Virus record (IMG/VR): IMGVR_UViG_3300011431_000001
Location: 1 to 54,285 of that record
From: a virus
Direction: 5' to 3' (one strand)
Length of the DNA: 54,285 nucleotides
The notes under the pieces were generated by a model that made no database searches, was not told where the DNA came from, and was given only the letters and a program-made list of their open reading frames with translations. Both the position numbers and the translations under genes were made by a program. This document shows positions 7,707 to 16,593 of this stretch, piece after piece; position 1 is the first letter of the stretch, and the number at the start of each line of letters is the position of its first letter.

Positions 7707-8174
7707 TTATGAAACTCTTAAACCATCAGCTATCCCATAAGGGCTGTGATTTGAATAATTTGAAAATTTTGTACGATCAATTATTTCAGGCTCAACTTTT
7801 ATTTTTTTATCAGGCACATATTTAATCTTCTTTGTCTTTATTCCCAATCTCTTGCAATAACCAGAAACATTTTCTCTGGAAATATTTAATTCCGCAGCTA
7901 TTTCCACAGATGTCATTGATGTGTAATTTTGCAATATGAATCTCCTATTTATAAGACATCTGGCTTCCTTAATAGGATCAGCATTTTTAATTTTTACTTC
8001 GATGCCAAAATCTTTTATAATAATCCATGTACGTTTAAACGAGGTCTTTAATTCCGTTTTTATTTCCGGCATGGTCCTGCCATTAAAATAATGTCTTACA
8101 AAATATTGGTATACTCCATACTGGCTTATTTTTCTGTATAAAGCAAAATCATTATATTTTTCAAAATAGCCCAT
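7707..8174 (-). CDS. HTH DNA-binding protein, 155 aa from the ATG at 8174
   Basis: C-terminal HTH SVEIAAELNISRENVSGYCKRLGI; the ATG at 8174 follows the upstream stop at 8176. Confidence 0.6.
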   Translation of the reverse strand: MGYFEKYNDFALYRKISQYGVYQYFVRHYFNGRTMPEIKTELKTSFKRTWIIIKDFGIEVKIKNADPIKEARCLINRRFILQNYTSMTSVEIAAELNISRENVSGYCKRLGIKTKKIKYVPDKKIKVEPEIIDRTKFSNYSNHSPYGIADGLRVS

Positions 8175-8175
8175 G

Positions 8176-8484
8176 TTATTTATTATAAGGATTGTACGGT
8201 TCTGCTTCTTCATCATCGTCAAATTCTCCCATCTCTGATTTTATTTCATCTCTGCAATCGCTGCAATAACCTGGCATATCTGAAAAATCAAAGCTGCTGA
8301 TTCCTGAACAATAATTTCCACACCTTAAACAAAATCCAGAATCTTTAATACAGTCTGGACAAAGTTTTGTTGTGCTACCATCGTGCGAATAGGTACAAAT
8401 CATTAAGCCATCTGTTCTTTTGCCACAATCATCACAAGCATCATGCTGTTCAAAAGATTCAAGTGATTTGTTTATTGCTTCCAT
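8176..8484 (-). CDS. Cysteine-rich zinc-ribbon protein, 102 aa
   Basis: CDDCG...CPDC...CLRCGNYC...CSDC. Confidence 0.6.
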   Translation of the reverse strand: MEAINKSLESFEQHDACDDCGKRTDGLMICTYSHDGSTTKLCPDCIKDSGFCLRCGNYCSGISSFDFSDMPGYCSDCRDEIKSEMGEFDDDEEAEPYNPYNK

Positions 8485-8698
8485 GATTATTATTTTTTAA
8501 ATACTCTTCGATATTATGATTTGCTTTTGCTATTTTAACTCTTATAGCATCCTTTGTAAAACCTGTAAGCGCTTGAATATCTTCAATGCTGAATTCTAAA
8601 AGCAATAAATCAATAACCCTTCTTTGATCAGCAGGAAGGCTCTCAATGGCATCTCTCCTGGCTGTGATTTGCTTTATTTGTTCTGGTGTATGGGTCAT
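8459..8698 (-). CDS. Sigma-70 region-4-like HTH protein, 79 aa (no region 2)
   Basis: LPADQRRVIDLLLLEFSIEDIQALTGFTKDAIRVKIAKANHNI. Confidence 0.55.
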   Translation of the reverse strand: MTHTPEQIKQITARRDAIESLPADQRRVIDLLLLEFSIEDIQALTGFTKDAIRVKIAKANHNIEEYLKNNNHGSNKQIT

Positions 8699-9207
8699 GA
8701 TTGTTGATTTTTAAGTTCCTGCCAAAGTTCATAGACTTCACAGTCACTGGGTCCTGATATTTCAATAACCTTTTCTGCGGCCTCGCATCTTGCAGTCAAG
8801 TGCTCAATTTCTTTCTCATTGGCCATCAATTCATCTATTTTGCTGGTTCTATCTGTAAATAACTCATTATAATTGCTCTCCAAAATTTCAATTGTCCTAT
8901 GTAATCTTATAATTTCCCTGTCCTTATACGCAATCATGGCTGTTGCTCCAGCTTTGAAGGCTACCGCGGTGCCTCGTTCATCATTTAATGCCCAATATGC
9001 TTTTGCGGCCTTCTCAATCCACTCCTTTATATCTTCTGGAATTGATTGGGTAAAATCTATCATTAAGTCTATAGTGTTTCTGATTTTACAACACGACTTT
9101 AAAATTGACTCTTTATCCGATTTATGATAATCGGCTATTATAGCAGAAAGGCAAGTTCTTAATAATTCAAGATCAACAGACATAGATGCCTTATTTTTTA
9201 TTTCCAT
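8695..9207 (-). CDS. Hypothetical protein, 170 aa
   Basis: ORF track, overlapping-stop operon context. Confidence 0.6.
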   Translation of the reverse strand: MEIKNKASMSVDLELLRTCLSAIIADYHKSDKESILKSCCKIRNTIDLMIDFTQSIPEDIKEWIEKAAKAYWALNDERGTAVAFKAGATAMIAYKDREIIRLHRTIEILESNYNELFTDRTSKIDELMANEKEIEHLTARCEAAEKVIEISGPSDCEVYELWQELKNQQS

Positions 9208-9216
9208 GATTTTGAT

Positions 9217-9330
9217 TTAAACAGTTTCTTTACCACATATCCTGCATTTAAAATGCATACAACCGGGATTGCCTTCTGGAATGAACTTATTATCATGTAG
9301 CCCAATTAGGCATAAAATTCTTTTTAGCAT
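9217..9330 (-). CDS. Small Cys-containing hypothetical protein, 37 aa
   Basis: Hand translation MLKRILCLIGLHDNKFIPEGNPGCMHFKCRICGKETV fills the gap. Confidence 0.35.
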   Translation of the reverse strand: MLKRILCLIGLHDNKFIPEGNPGCMHFKCRICGKETV

Positions 9331-9335
9331 TCGTG

Positions 9336-9803
9336 TCATTTATTATCTCCTTTTTGCTTTTTGGTAGTAAGCACTATTTTTATTTCATTATAAATCCTTA
9401 GCCTTATTCTTATTCTTTCTGTTTTCCCATTAATTTCTTTTTCGCTTTCAAGGCTTTTTATTTGCCCATTTACCCAATTATTTATTTTTTCAAGAATATA
9501 ATTTGCATCCACGTCATTAGATGATTTAAGAGAAGCAGCAAAAACATAAAAATATTCTTTATCAATATAATCGGCACCTTCTATCGTTTGTTTATGCGAT
9601 TCAAAAAAATGTAATGCTTCATCCTCCGCTGTTGAAGATGGAGTGGGTATAGACTCATCCTTATTAATAATCCTATGTGCCTTTTCATTGAATTCTACCT
9701 CGCTAATTTCAATAATTAACGGAGTATCACAAAACCCACATTTTTCCATGTACCCAAATGCTAGAGCCTTGCAATATTGACATTCATAATATTTTGGTTC
9801 CAT
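9336..9803 (-). CDS. Hypothetical protein with an N-terminal zinc ribbon, 155 aa
   Basis: YYECQYCKALAFGYMEKCGFCDTPL. Confidence 0.6.
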   Translation of the reverse strand: MEPKYYECQYCKALAFGYMEKCGFCDTPLIIEISEVEFNEKAHRIINKDESIPTPSSTAEDEALHFFESHKQTIEGADYIDKEYFYVFAASLKSSNDVDANYILEKINNWVNGQIKSLESEKEINGKTERIRIRLRIYNEIKIVLTTKKQKGDNK

Positions 9804-9806
9804 GGT

Positions 9807-9911
9807 TTATTTAATTTTAAGCGCCGAAAAATCTTTATCAATATTAGCCATTGCACAGTCATAAAATCTAACTTCGCACCATTCAATAATTTCTTCCTTA
9901 TCTATTGTCAT
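9807..9911 (-). CDS. Small hypothetical protein, 34 aa
   Basis: Hand translation MTIDKEEIIEWCEVRFYDCAMANIDKDFSALKIK fills the gap. Confidence 0.3.
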   Translation of the reverse strand: MTIDKEEIIEWCEVRFYDCAMANIDKDFSALKIK

Positions 9912-9923
9912 TATTTGTTGAAT

Positions 9924-10241
9924 TTAATAGGTTTCAATTATACATTGCTTAAGTATTTTAATTCGTTTATCCCACGCACGTTTGTCCCCGGCAAGCCAAA
10001 TCATGCTTTTATTATTTGGTTTTTTTCTTTTATATTCCGGGAAATATTTAAGATTTTCTGTCCAACAATCATTATGGTTTAAAAAATATTCGTTACTAAA
10101 ACAATCCACCCCTAATCCAAATAATTTATTTGCCAGTAGGCAAAGGCCAAAACATGAACTGAACAATTCTTTCTTATTTAGTTCTGCTTCTGCCAGCATA
10201 ATTATGTATGCTGTATGCCGCTGAAGTTTAGTAAGTCTCAT
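9924..10241 (-). CDS. Hypothetical protein, 105 aa
   Basis: ORF track. Confidence 0.55.
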   Translation of the reverse strand: MRLTKLQRHTAYIIMLAEAELNKKELFSSCFGLCLLANKLFGLGVDCFSNEYFLNHNDCWTENLKYFPEYKRKKPNNKSMIWLAGDKRAWDKRIKILKQCIIETY

Positions 10242-10263
10242 AATTTAATAAGTTTAAATTCTT

Positions 10264-10686
10264 TTAAATCATTGCTGCTTTTCTTGAATTAATTTCTCCC
10301 ATTTTTGACTGAACTCTAAAATCCAAAACTTCTCTTGCCTCGTCAAATGACCAGCATATTTCAGCCATCCATCCAATCTTTTTAAAATAATCTAGCCATA
10401 TTTCTTGGCTTGCTGTTAATCTGTTTGGCTTCACTTTTAATTCTATAATCAAAAGTAGCTCTGGGAAAATTAAATCCAAAAATCCTGAATCACTTCCTAA
10501 ATATTTGTATAAAAACTGCTCAAACTTTGTTCTCTTCCCTCCGTCCGGCGAATGATGATATTTCAACCAGGGGTATGCCAGCCCGCAGTATTTTATAAAC
10601 TCGTGCTGTAAAATATCTTCAGGCCTTAGAAACTTAAAGAATCCGTTTTCTGTCTTACCACGATATTTGTAGTTGCCCTTTCTCAC
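10264..10686 (-). CDS. VRR-NUC domain nuclease
   Basis: PD-(D/E)xK-type GFLDLIFPELLLIIELKVKPNRLTASQEIWL. Confidence 0.7.
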   Translation of the reverse strand: MRKGNYKYRGKTENGFFKFLRPEDILQHEFIKYCGLAYPWLKYHHSPDGGKRTKFEQFLYKYLGSDSGFLDLIFPELLLIIELKVKPNRLTASQEIWLDYFKKIGWMAEICWSFDEAREVLDFRVQSKMGEINSRKAAMI

Positions 10687-11000
10687 TGATTTATTATTCC
10701 GCTTTTTTCTTCTGTTTCTTTTATTCGTTTCAGAAATAATTCTTTCCCAATTTGTCTTGCAAATCTTTTTGCTTCAGTAAATGCAGTTTCTTTGTTGCTG
10801 GTATATAATAATCTAAATCCGGTAGAAAACTCTGAAACCGTATATTCTTTTTCACTCAATACAATCTCGTTTTCTTCATTAACTTCAAAACGTGGATGAA
10901 CAAAAAACGTCCTATTATAAATTTTAGGTAACAAAGTCCCTTCTACATTTATCACAATAGTTTCATCTTTTTTGAAACATTTTATTTTAAAGTTTGTCAT
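10683..11000 (-). CDS. Hypothetical protein, 105 aa
   Basis: ORF track. Confidence 0.55.
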   Translation of the reverse strand: MTNFKIKCFKKDETIVINVEGTLLPKIYNRTFFVHPRFEVNEENEIVLSEKEYTVSEFSTGFRLLYTSNKETAFTEAKRFARQIGKELFLKRIKETEEKSGIINQ

Positions 11001-11054
11001 GATGATAATTTTTTTAAAATGGATCTTCGCTCTTTTTTGATTCTGTGTAATCAG

Positions 11055-12446
11055 CTAAAATGGATCATCTTTGTCTTTGTATGGTAATGAAATTTCTTTT
11101 ACGTTAAATTCTATCCTTTCAGTGAATCTCATTTTTGGTGGATCAAAATCCAAAATCAAATGAGACGTTGCACCATTTCTCCATTTAGGAACTAATAAAT
11201 CAGCCAAAAATTCTGTACTTCTTCCATCTTCGTCAACTTCGTTTCCCGTAACCCAATCCCGGTGAATAAACATAACAATATCTGCGTCTTGCTCAATTGC
11301 ACCCGATTCTCTGAGGTCGCTAAGTTTTGGGTAACGATCTGCCTTACTCCTGGTTGTTGATGCCCTATTAAGCTGGCAAAGCACAACAATTGGAATATCT
11401 AATTCATGAGCAAGTAGTTTTATACCTCTTGATATTTTTGATACCTCCTGCTCCCTGTTGTATTGCTTATTTTCATTTGAAGAATCAACAAGCTGTAAGT
11501 AATCTATTATCAAACAATCACAACCTTTTGAAGATTTTAGTTTTGTTGCCTTAGCTCTTATATCCCTGATATTCACTTTTGTTTTATCGCTTGAAAAAAT
11601 TGGTAAGTTGATTGTGTTTTTAGAAATGTAATTATAAAACTTTTCATGAAGTTCCTGGTCGTTTGCAATTGTTCTGAATACCTTACTAAAATCTATATCC
11701 GTTTCAAGAGATGCCAATCTTGCTGCAATTTCCTTGTTGTTCATTTCAAGTGAAATAAGTCCTATCTTCTTACCGGTTTTTGCCATCTTGATTGCCATCT
11801 GCCCCATAAGCGCCGATTTACCTACTGAAGGTCTTGCGCCAATCACAATCATTTGTCCACCATAAAACCCACCATTCGTTTGGTCAAGTTTTTTAAATCC
11901 AGTAGTAATAAAAGTTTTTTTACCTTTAGCCATGTCATACTGATGAATTAAAAGATCGTACATTAATTCAGCCATATCATACCATTCCTGTTTATATTTG
12001 CTGCCTAAAATTTTATTCAGTTCATCATTCATGTTGTTCACTTCTTCATTCACGTTTATGCCATCAATTTTTTTGTATTTAAGTTCAATTATTTTTCTTC
12101 TCCGCCACATTTCTTTTATTAGGTGGCAATGGTATTCAAGATGAGCCGATGAAACAACATCATTAGTAAGTTTTGTGAGAAAATAGGTAACGTTGTAATC
12201 CAAAATTTCATTCACCTTTTTTTTACTTACTAAATATTCTGAAACTGTTAGGATATCAATAGGCAAAGATTGATCGTACATTTCCTTCATTGCCGAATAA
12301 ACAATTCTGTGGCAATTGAAATAAAAATTTTCTTCGTCAACAATCCCATAAGTTCTACCGAAGGCTGTTTTTTCTAAAAGACAAATACCTAAAATTGCTT
12401 CCTCTAAATCCTGGCCGTGATGGATGTATTTTTTAAATTCAATCAT
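11055..12446 (-). CDS. dnaB: Replicative DNA helicase, DnaB family
   Basis: Walker A GARPSVGKSALMGQMA, LIIDYLQL, RecA-like core; 463 aa. Confidence 0.9.
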   Translation of the reverse strand: MIEFKKYIHHGQDLEEAILGICLLEKTAFGRTYGIVDEENFYFNCHRIVYSAMKEMYDQSLPIDILTVSEYLVSKKKVNEILDYNVTYFLTKLTNDVVSSAHLEYHCHLIKEMWRRRKIIELKYKKIDGINVNEEVNNMNDELNKILGSKYKQEWYDMAELMYDLLIHQYDMAKGKKTFITTGFKKLDQTNGGFYGGQMIVIGARPSVGKSALMGQMAIKMAKTGKKIGLISLEMNNKEIAARLASLETDIDFSKVFRTIANDQELHEKFYNYISKNTINLPIFSSDKTKVNIRDIRAKATKLKSSKGCDCLIIDYLQLVDSSNENKQYNREQEVSKISRGIKLLAHELDIPIVVLCQLNRASTTRSKADRYPKLSDLRESGAIEQDADIVMFIHRDWVTGNEVDEDGRSTEFLADLLVPKWRNGATSHLILDFDPPKMRFTERIEFNVKEISLPYKDKDDPF

Positions 12447-13126
12447 AATGGTTTCATGTATTTTGGGATACCCTGATTTTCTTCCGGCTTAATTTCCTTT
12501 TTACCCCTCGCCTTCCATTTAGAAAAATGATCTTTGTAGTCTGCTGGATTTTTATCGTAAATGCCTCCTCTCTCAAGCATTTTATTAAATTCTGACAATT
12601 CTTTCTCGTTTGTCCTGTTTGCGTTTACGAATCTGTCATCGTTCATCGCAACAGTCAGGCAATGTTCAATTGTATAAAAAATCGTGGGGGCTTCTCTCTC
12701 TCCCTGTATTGATTCTTTATTATTTATTATTGGTATGGGTTTCATTTGGGTTACCCGTTTGGTTTCTGTGGGGAAACCGTTTGGTTCTGATTCAGATAAC
12801 CGTTTGGTTTTGGGGCGACCGCCCTTTTTACCATGCAACTGATTAATTTCCTTTTTATATTCAATATCCTTTCTTATTTCATCCATAACTAAATTTATAA
12901 GTTCACCTTCATTTTTTTTTATAAATTTTTTTGAAATTCTGTTCCAATTTTTTTTAATTTTTGGCGAAATTCTTTTCAATTCTTTTAAATCTTCCGGTAT
13001 TGATCCATTATCAAATTGATAAATTAATAGTCGGATATAAATACCAAATTCTTCGTCTGTCCAGCCGATAGTACTTGCTAAAAGTCTTTTATAGAATAAC
13101 GGGAAATAATAGTCTCCCTTAGCCAT
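12443..13126 (-). CDS. DUF1376-like replication-associated protein
   Basis: YYFPLFYKRLLASTIGWTDEEFGIYIRLLIYQFDNGSIP; sits upstream of dnaB. Confidence 0.55.
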   Translation of the reverse strand: MAKGDYYFPLFYKRLLASTIGWTDEEFGIYIRLLIYQFDNGSIPEDLKELKRISPKIKKNWNRISKKFIKKNEGELINLVMDEIRKDIEYKKEINQLHGKKGGRPKTKRLSESEPNGFPTETKRVTQMKPIPIINNKESIQGEREAPTIFYTIEHCLTVAMNDDRFVNANRTNEKELSEFNKMLERGGIYDKNPADYKDHFSKWKARGKKEIKPEENQGIPKYMKPL

Positions 13127-13210
13127 GATTAATTGATCTTAATTAATTTATCCTTCATCTATATGGGTTTTGGGCAAAACAGGAAAAGAACCCAAATTAT
13201 AAAATCTCTA

Positions 13211-14086
13211 TTAATTAGCCAATGGGAAAGACTCTTTCTCTGGATCGAATTTTAATAATTTAAAAACACGATTAGGCTGTCTAAAATAATTCCATGCTTT
13301 TATAATAAGACCAAACTTCAAGTTTCCCGTCATTTTTCTAATCGACATTTTATCTTTCATTAATTTATTTCTCAACTGTACTATGGCATCATGTTCAATG
13401 TTAAACCCGGTGCATAATTGCTCAATAAAATCATAAGCTTTATCTTCATTTAACGTTTCAAAATAAGCATAAAACCCGCCCAATACACTTGGCGCACAAA
13501 TTTTTGCAAAGGCATTATACCAGACCATTGTTTTTCTGGCCACTTCTTGCCAATATTTCTCGTTTAATAAATAATGTTCCAGTATCTGAGCATTAGTAAG
13601 ACGGGCATTTTTGGGCGAACTACTTATATCTTTCCATCCGGTTGTTAAAGAAAAATATTGTTGAATAATCGATGGTAGAATATTATCGTTTTTAATTCCA
13701 GAGGTTCTAAAAATATCTGATGCGCTTCTACTACAACCAGTATCAAGAACATCAAAAACTTTATCAGGAATATTAAATGCAATATGAAAATTTATAGAAA
13801 CTCCTGATTTCACAACTGCTTTAAGTCTGTGCTGTCCATCTATTATAATATTAGATGATGTTATTTTTATCGTTTCAGATGTATTATCTTTCCACCTTCC
13901 CTCCTTCATGTCATTAGAATACCTAAGAAGAACAGCCTCTCTCACTCTTCTGTTACTAAGAATATTTTTTTCTAAAAATTCCTTAGCCATTTCTGGAGTA
14001 ACAAGAATTTTTTTAATAGTTATCGTTTCATTTGCCTCTCCTAATACCCCGTTTGATTTTAATTCTGTAGAAGATCGGGAGTGCAT
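13211..14086 (-). CDS. ParB-like nuclease-domain protein (DGQHR motif); start uncertain (14086, 14152 or 14197)
   Basis: VTPEMAKEFLEKNILSNRRV...MKEGRWKD...IIIDGQHRLKAV. Confidence 0.7.
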   Translation of the reverse strand: MHSRSSTELKSNGVLGEANETITIKKILVTPEMAKEFLEKNILSNRRVREAVLLRYSNDMKEGRWKDNTSETIKITSSNIIIDGQHRLKAVVKSGVSINFHIAFNIPDKVFDVLDTGCSRSASDIFRTSGIKNDNILPSIIQQYFSLTTGWKDISSSPKNARLTNAQILEHYLLNEKYWQEVARKTMVWYNAFAKICAPSVLGGFYAYFETLNEDKAYDFIEQLCTGFNIEHDAIVQLRNKLMKDKMSIRKMTGNLKFGLIIKAWNYFRQPNRVFKLLKFDPEKESFPLAN

Positions 14087-14633
14087 TAATTCTTGAAATA
14101 AGTTCTTTGACTTCTGCTTCAAGTTCTGAGTCGTGTTTGGGTTTGACATCATTTTTGTTTTTATTGTTATGAAAAGATTTTGCAAGTGCAAGCGCACCGG
14201 AAGTCGTTAATTCAGATACGGCGTTGTGAACGGCCTGTTTCTTTTCCTGAATAAACCCCTCAAAATCTTCATCGGGTATAGATGCAATTTGTTGAAAAGC
14301 GGAAGATTGTTTGTGATTTAGCCCGATCTCCGGGATTGTTTTAGCAAGTTCCTCTACTTGTGAGGAAGAGGAACTATTCCCAAAAGATTGTGCATCTTGT
14401 CGTATCGTTCCCTTGCGTTGTCCCTCCGCAATCAGTTCGCCCAATATTCTTTGAGTTCTCAACTTCTGTTCGGCTACTATATTTTGAAGTTCAGCGTCCT
14501 TCTTTTCAGCCTTCACCCAAACATCAATTGCTTTTAATTTATTTAGATAAGTAATGCCATCTTCAACAGATTTTATTTGGAGTAACTCATTTTTGGCATT
14601 ATCTCTTAAAACTAAAATTTGGTTGTTGTCCAT
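14028..14633 (-). CDS. Hypothetical helical protein, 201 aa; its 3' end overlaps the next gene
   Basis: ORF track; LGELIAEGQRKG...IGLNHKQSSAFQQIASIPDEDFEGFI. Confidence 0.6.
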   Translation of the reverse strand: MDNNQILVLRDNAKNELLQIKSVEDGITYLNKLKAIDVWVKAEKKDAELQNIVAEQKLRTQRILGELIAEGQRKGTIRQDAQSFGNSSSSSQVEELAKTIPEIGLNHKQSSAFQQIASIPDEDFEGFIQEKKQAVHNAVSELTTSGALALAKSFHNNKNKNDVKPKHDSELEAEVKELISRINALPIFYRIKIKRGIRRGK

Positions 14634-14657
14634 TATAAATAATATTCTTTTATTTTT

Positions 14658-14673
14658 ATTTTACTATTGGTGG
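14658..14673 (-). promoter_or_regulatory. Conserved 16-mer (copy 1), 24 nt upstream of the ATG at 14633
   Basis: attttactattggtgg matches attttactattgttgg at 16190-16205 in 15 of 16 positions. Confidence 0.4.
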
Positions 14674-14842
14674 ATATTAAAAAGTAATGCCCCTGGTCTG
14701 GAAGGTTCATCTTTAAAATCTCCTAAGAGAGAGTAAAGCATCCAAACGCAAGGGCGTATTTTGATTAAAATTATTAAGGAACATTAAGAAATTTTAAAGA
14801 TGAACACTTCAAAAATACAACCTTTTATGAAATCACAAAATT

Positions 14843-15028
14843 TCATTTCTTTTCAGTTTCAAATTTTAGTTCGCCTGCAACCGTAGGCCTGCAAATTGAT
14901 TCCACACGCTTCCTAATCTCCTGAAATTTCACCAAGTCCTTTTCCGACAACTTCCCGTCCGTTTGCGACCAGGACGTTAATTTGCCCCTTATATCGCACT
15001 CTATTGTAAAAGAAAAAATGTGTCGCAT
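14843..15028 (-). CDS. Hypothetical protein, 61 aa
   Basis: ORF track. Confidence 0.45.
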   Translation of the reverse strand: MRHIFSFTIECDIRGKLTSWSQTDGKLSEKDLVKFQEIRKRVESICRPTVAGELKFETEKK

Positions 15029-15047
15029 GAATAAATGTTTTTATTTT

Positions 15048-15668
15048 TTATCCCCATTGTTCAGCCATAGCCTTAGCAATGCCAGAGAATGTTTTTGATA
15101 TGTCATGTGCTGTCTTGCCTTGCCTCCAATAGTAATTGTAAGGCTGACCAGCTTTCACCCCTGATTTTCTTATAATAGTTTTTGTTGGTTTTGGTTTATG
15201 AGCTTCAATATCCATAGCTACATCAACTAACCCCTGTAATTTTGGCAATCCTCTTAACCATAAGCAAGTTGTTTTTTGCTCTTTATCTCCGAAATAATAT
15301 GGCTGAATAATCTGATTTGGCTTTCTCCAATTTGTATTAAGCCAACCGGTAGGATTTTCTATACATAGCCTTTTGCAATTCTTTGTTTGCCAAATTTTAA
15401 CTACAAAATTAACAGCGGCTTCGTGCATCTTCTGTCGATCGACATTTCCTTTCAGATAATGAAGACCAGAATTAGCCAGATAAGTACAAGGCGGGTGCGC
15501 AATCATTAAATCCCATTCCTCGTTTAATATTTCCAAAACATCGCCCTGAATATGATTACCTGGTAATTCTGTTTGTAGTAAATCACAACTCCACGCATCA
15601 TGCCCTTTAGAAGCAAAAGCATCTCTAACAATTCCTGAATATTCACAAGCAACTAATACTTTCATCAT
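15048..15668 (-). CDS. Short C5-cytosine DNA methyltransferase-like protein (206 aa from MMKVLV)
   Basis: VACEYSGIVRDAF (motif I-like), HPPCTYLANSG (PC motif), CIENPTG (ENV-like); the ATG overlaps the upstream TAA. Confidence 0.5.
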   Translation of the reverse strand: MMKVLVACEYSGIVRDAFASKGHDAWSCDLLQTELPGNHIQGDVLEILNEEWDLMIAHPPCTYLANSGLHYLKGNVDRQKMHEAAVNFVVKIWQTKNCKRLCIENPTGWLNTNWRKPNQIIQPYYFGDKEQKTTCLWLRGLPKLQGLVDVAMDIEAHKPKPTKTIIRKSGVKAGQPYNYYWRQGKTAHDISKTFSGIAKAMAEQWG

Positions 15669-15880
15669 TAAAACATATTTTTTTGTTCTGTACTCGTTTT
15701 GAACCTTTCGGGGTCGTAGCCCTTCCTCCGCATCAGCTTGCACAATTCATCGACCTCCTTTTCCTTCTGAATGGAAAGTTTTTTGTCCGCCTGCATCCTA
15801 CGGGCAAAGAAGTCCCGCTGGTGGCCTCTCATCTCTTCGATACGGGCCAAAAGAAGTTCTATGTCGTATCTTTCATTCAT
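15668..15880 (-). CDS. Hypothetical protein, 70 aa
   Basis: ORF track. Confidence 0.5.
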   Translation of the reverse strand: MNERYDIELLLARIEEMRGHQRDFFARRMQADKKLSIQKEKEVDELCKLMRRKGYDPERFKTSTEQKNMF

Positions 15881-15904
15881 TATTTTAAGTGATTATATAC
15901 TTAT

Positions 15905-16162
15905 TCAATCCACTACTTTTTCATAAGAGTTATCAAAAATGTCTGGCTTACACGGATAAAATTCACCCTTAATTCCTTTAATAATCCAATCTTTTACATC
16001 AGCTATGTGATCGCCTTCTAGCGTTGGAATGGTTAATTTGGCTGTTTCTAATGAAAGTTTTGCAGTTCCATTTGTAAATGAAACAATATTGGCTAAAGAA
16101 TCAGCAGTTCCTAACCATTGTTCCGCATCAATTACTACTGGTTTTTTACGATACTTTCCCAT
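15905..16162 (-). CDS. Hypothetical small phage protein, 85 aa
   Basis: MGKYRKKPVVIDAEQW... N-terminus typical of a recurrent small phage family. Confidence 0.55.
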   Translation of the reverse strand: MGKYRKKPVVIDAEQWLGTADSLANIVSFTNGTAKLSLETAKLTIPTLEGDHIADVKDWIIKGIKGEFYPCKPDIFDNSYEKVVD

Positions 16163-16189
16163 TTTGATTGTGTTTTATTGTTTAAGAAT

Positions 16190-16205
16190 ATTTTACTATT
16201 GTTGG
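16190..16205 (-). promoter_or_regulatory. Conserved 16-mer (copy 2), 27 nt upstream of the ATG at 16162
   Basis: attttactattgttgg; see 14658-14673. Confidence 0.4.
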
Positions 16206-16230
16206 TTTTGATATATATAATCTTCTAATT

Positions 16231-16593
16231 TTAGAAAAGCATCTTTTCAATATCGTTAACTCTGTTTTTTAAAATAGCGTCGCCTTCCATCCAACCCTCT
16301 AAAGCTCGTATGGAATAAATGACTGTAGTATGATCCCTTCCTCCTAATTTTTCTCCAATTTCTTTTAAACTCATTTTAGTATGATTTTTTAACATCCAGA
16401 CAGCAACAAACCTGCAGAGGCAAACATCTTTCGTTCGTCTTTTACCTATTATTGCTTTAACATCGAATCCAAAATAATCACAAACAACTTGAAGTATTTC
16501 ATCAGCCTTTTGTTGCTTATAAAAAGATAAATAAGGCTTTCCATTCATTCCAGGAAAGACCATATAGGACTTATTTTGTATTATTGGGTTCAT
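16231..16593 (-). CDS. DnaA C-terminal (domain IV) DNA-binding protein, stand-alone, 120 aa
   Basis: KRRTKDVCLCRFVAVWMLKNHTKMSLKEIGEKLGGRDHTTVIYSIRAL. Confidence 0.8.
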   Translation of the reverse strand: MNPIIQNKSYMVFPGMNGKPYLSFYKQQKADEILQVVCDYFGFDVKAIIGKRRTKDVCLCRFVAVWMLKNHTKMSLKEIGEKLGGRDHTTVIYSIRALEGWMEGDAILKNRVNDIEKMLF

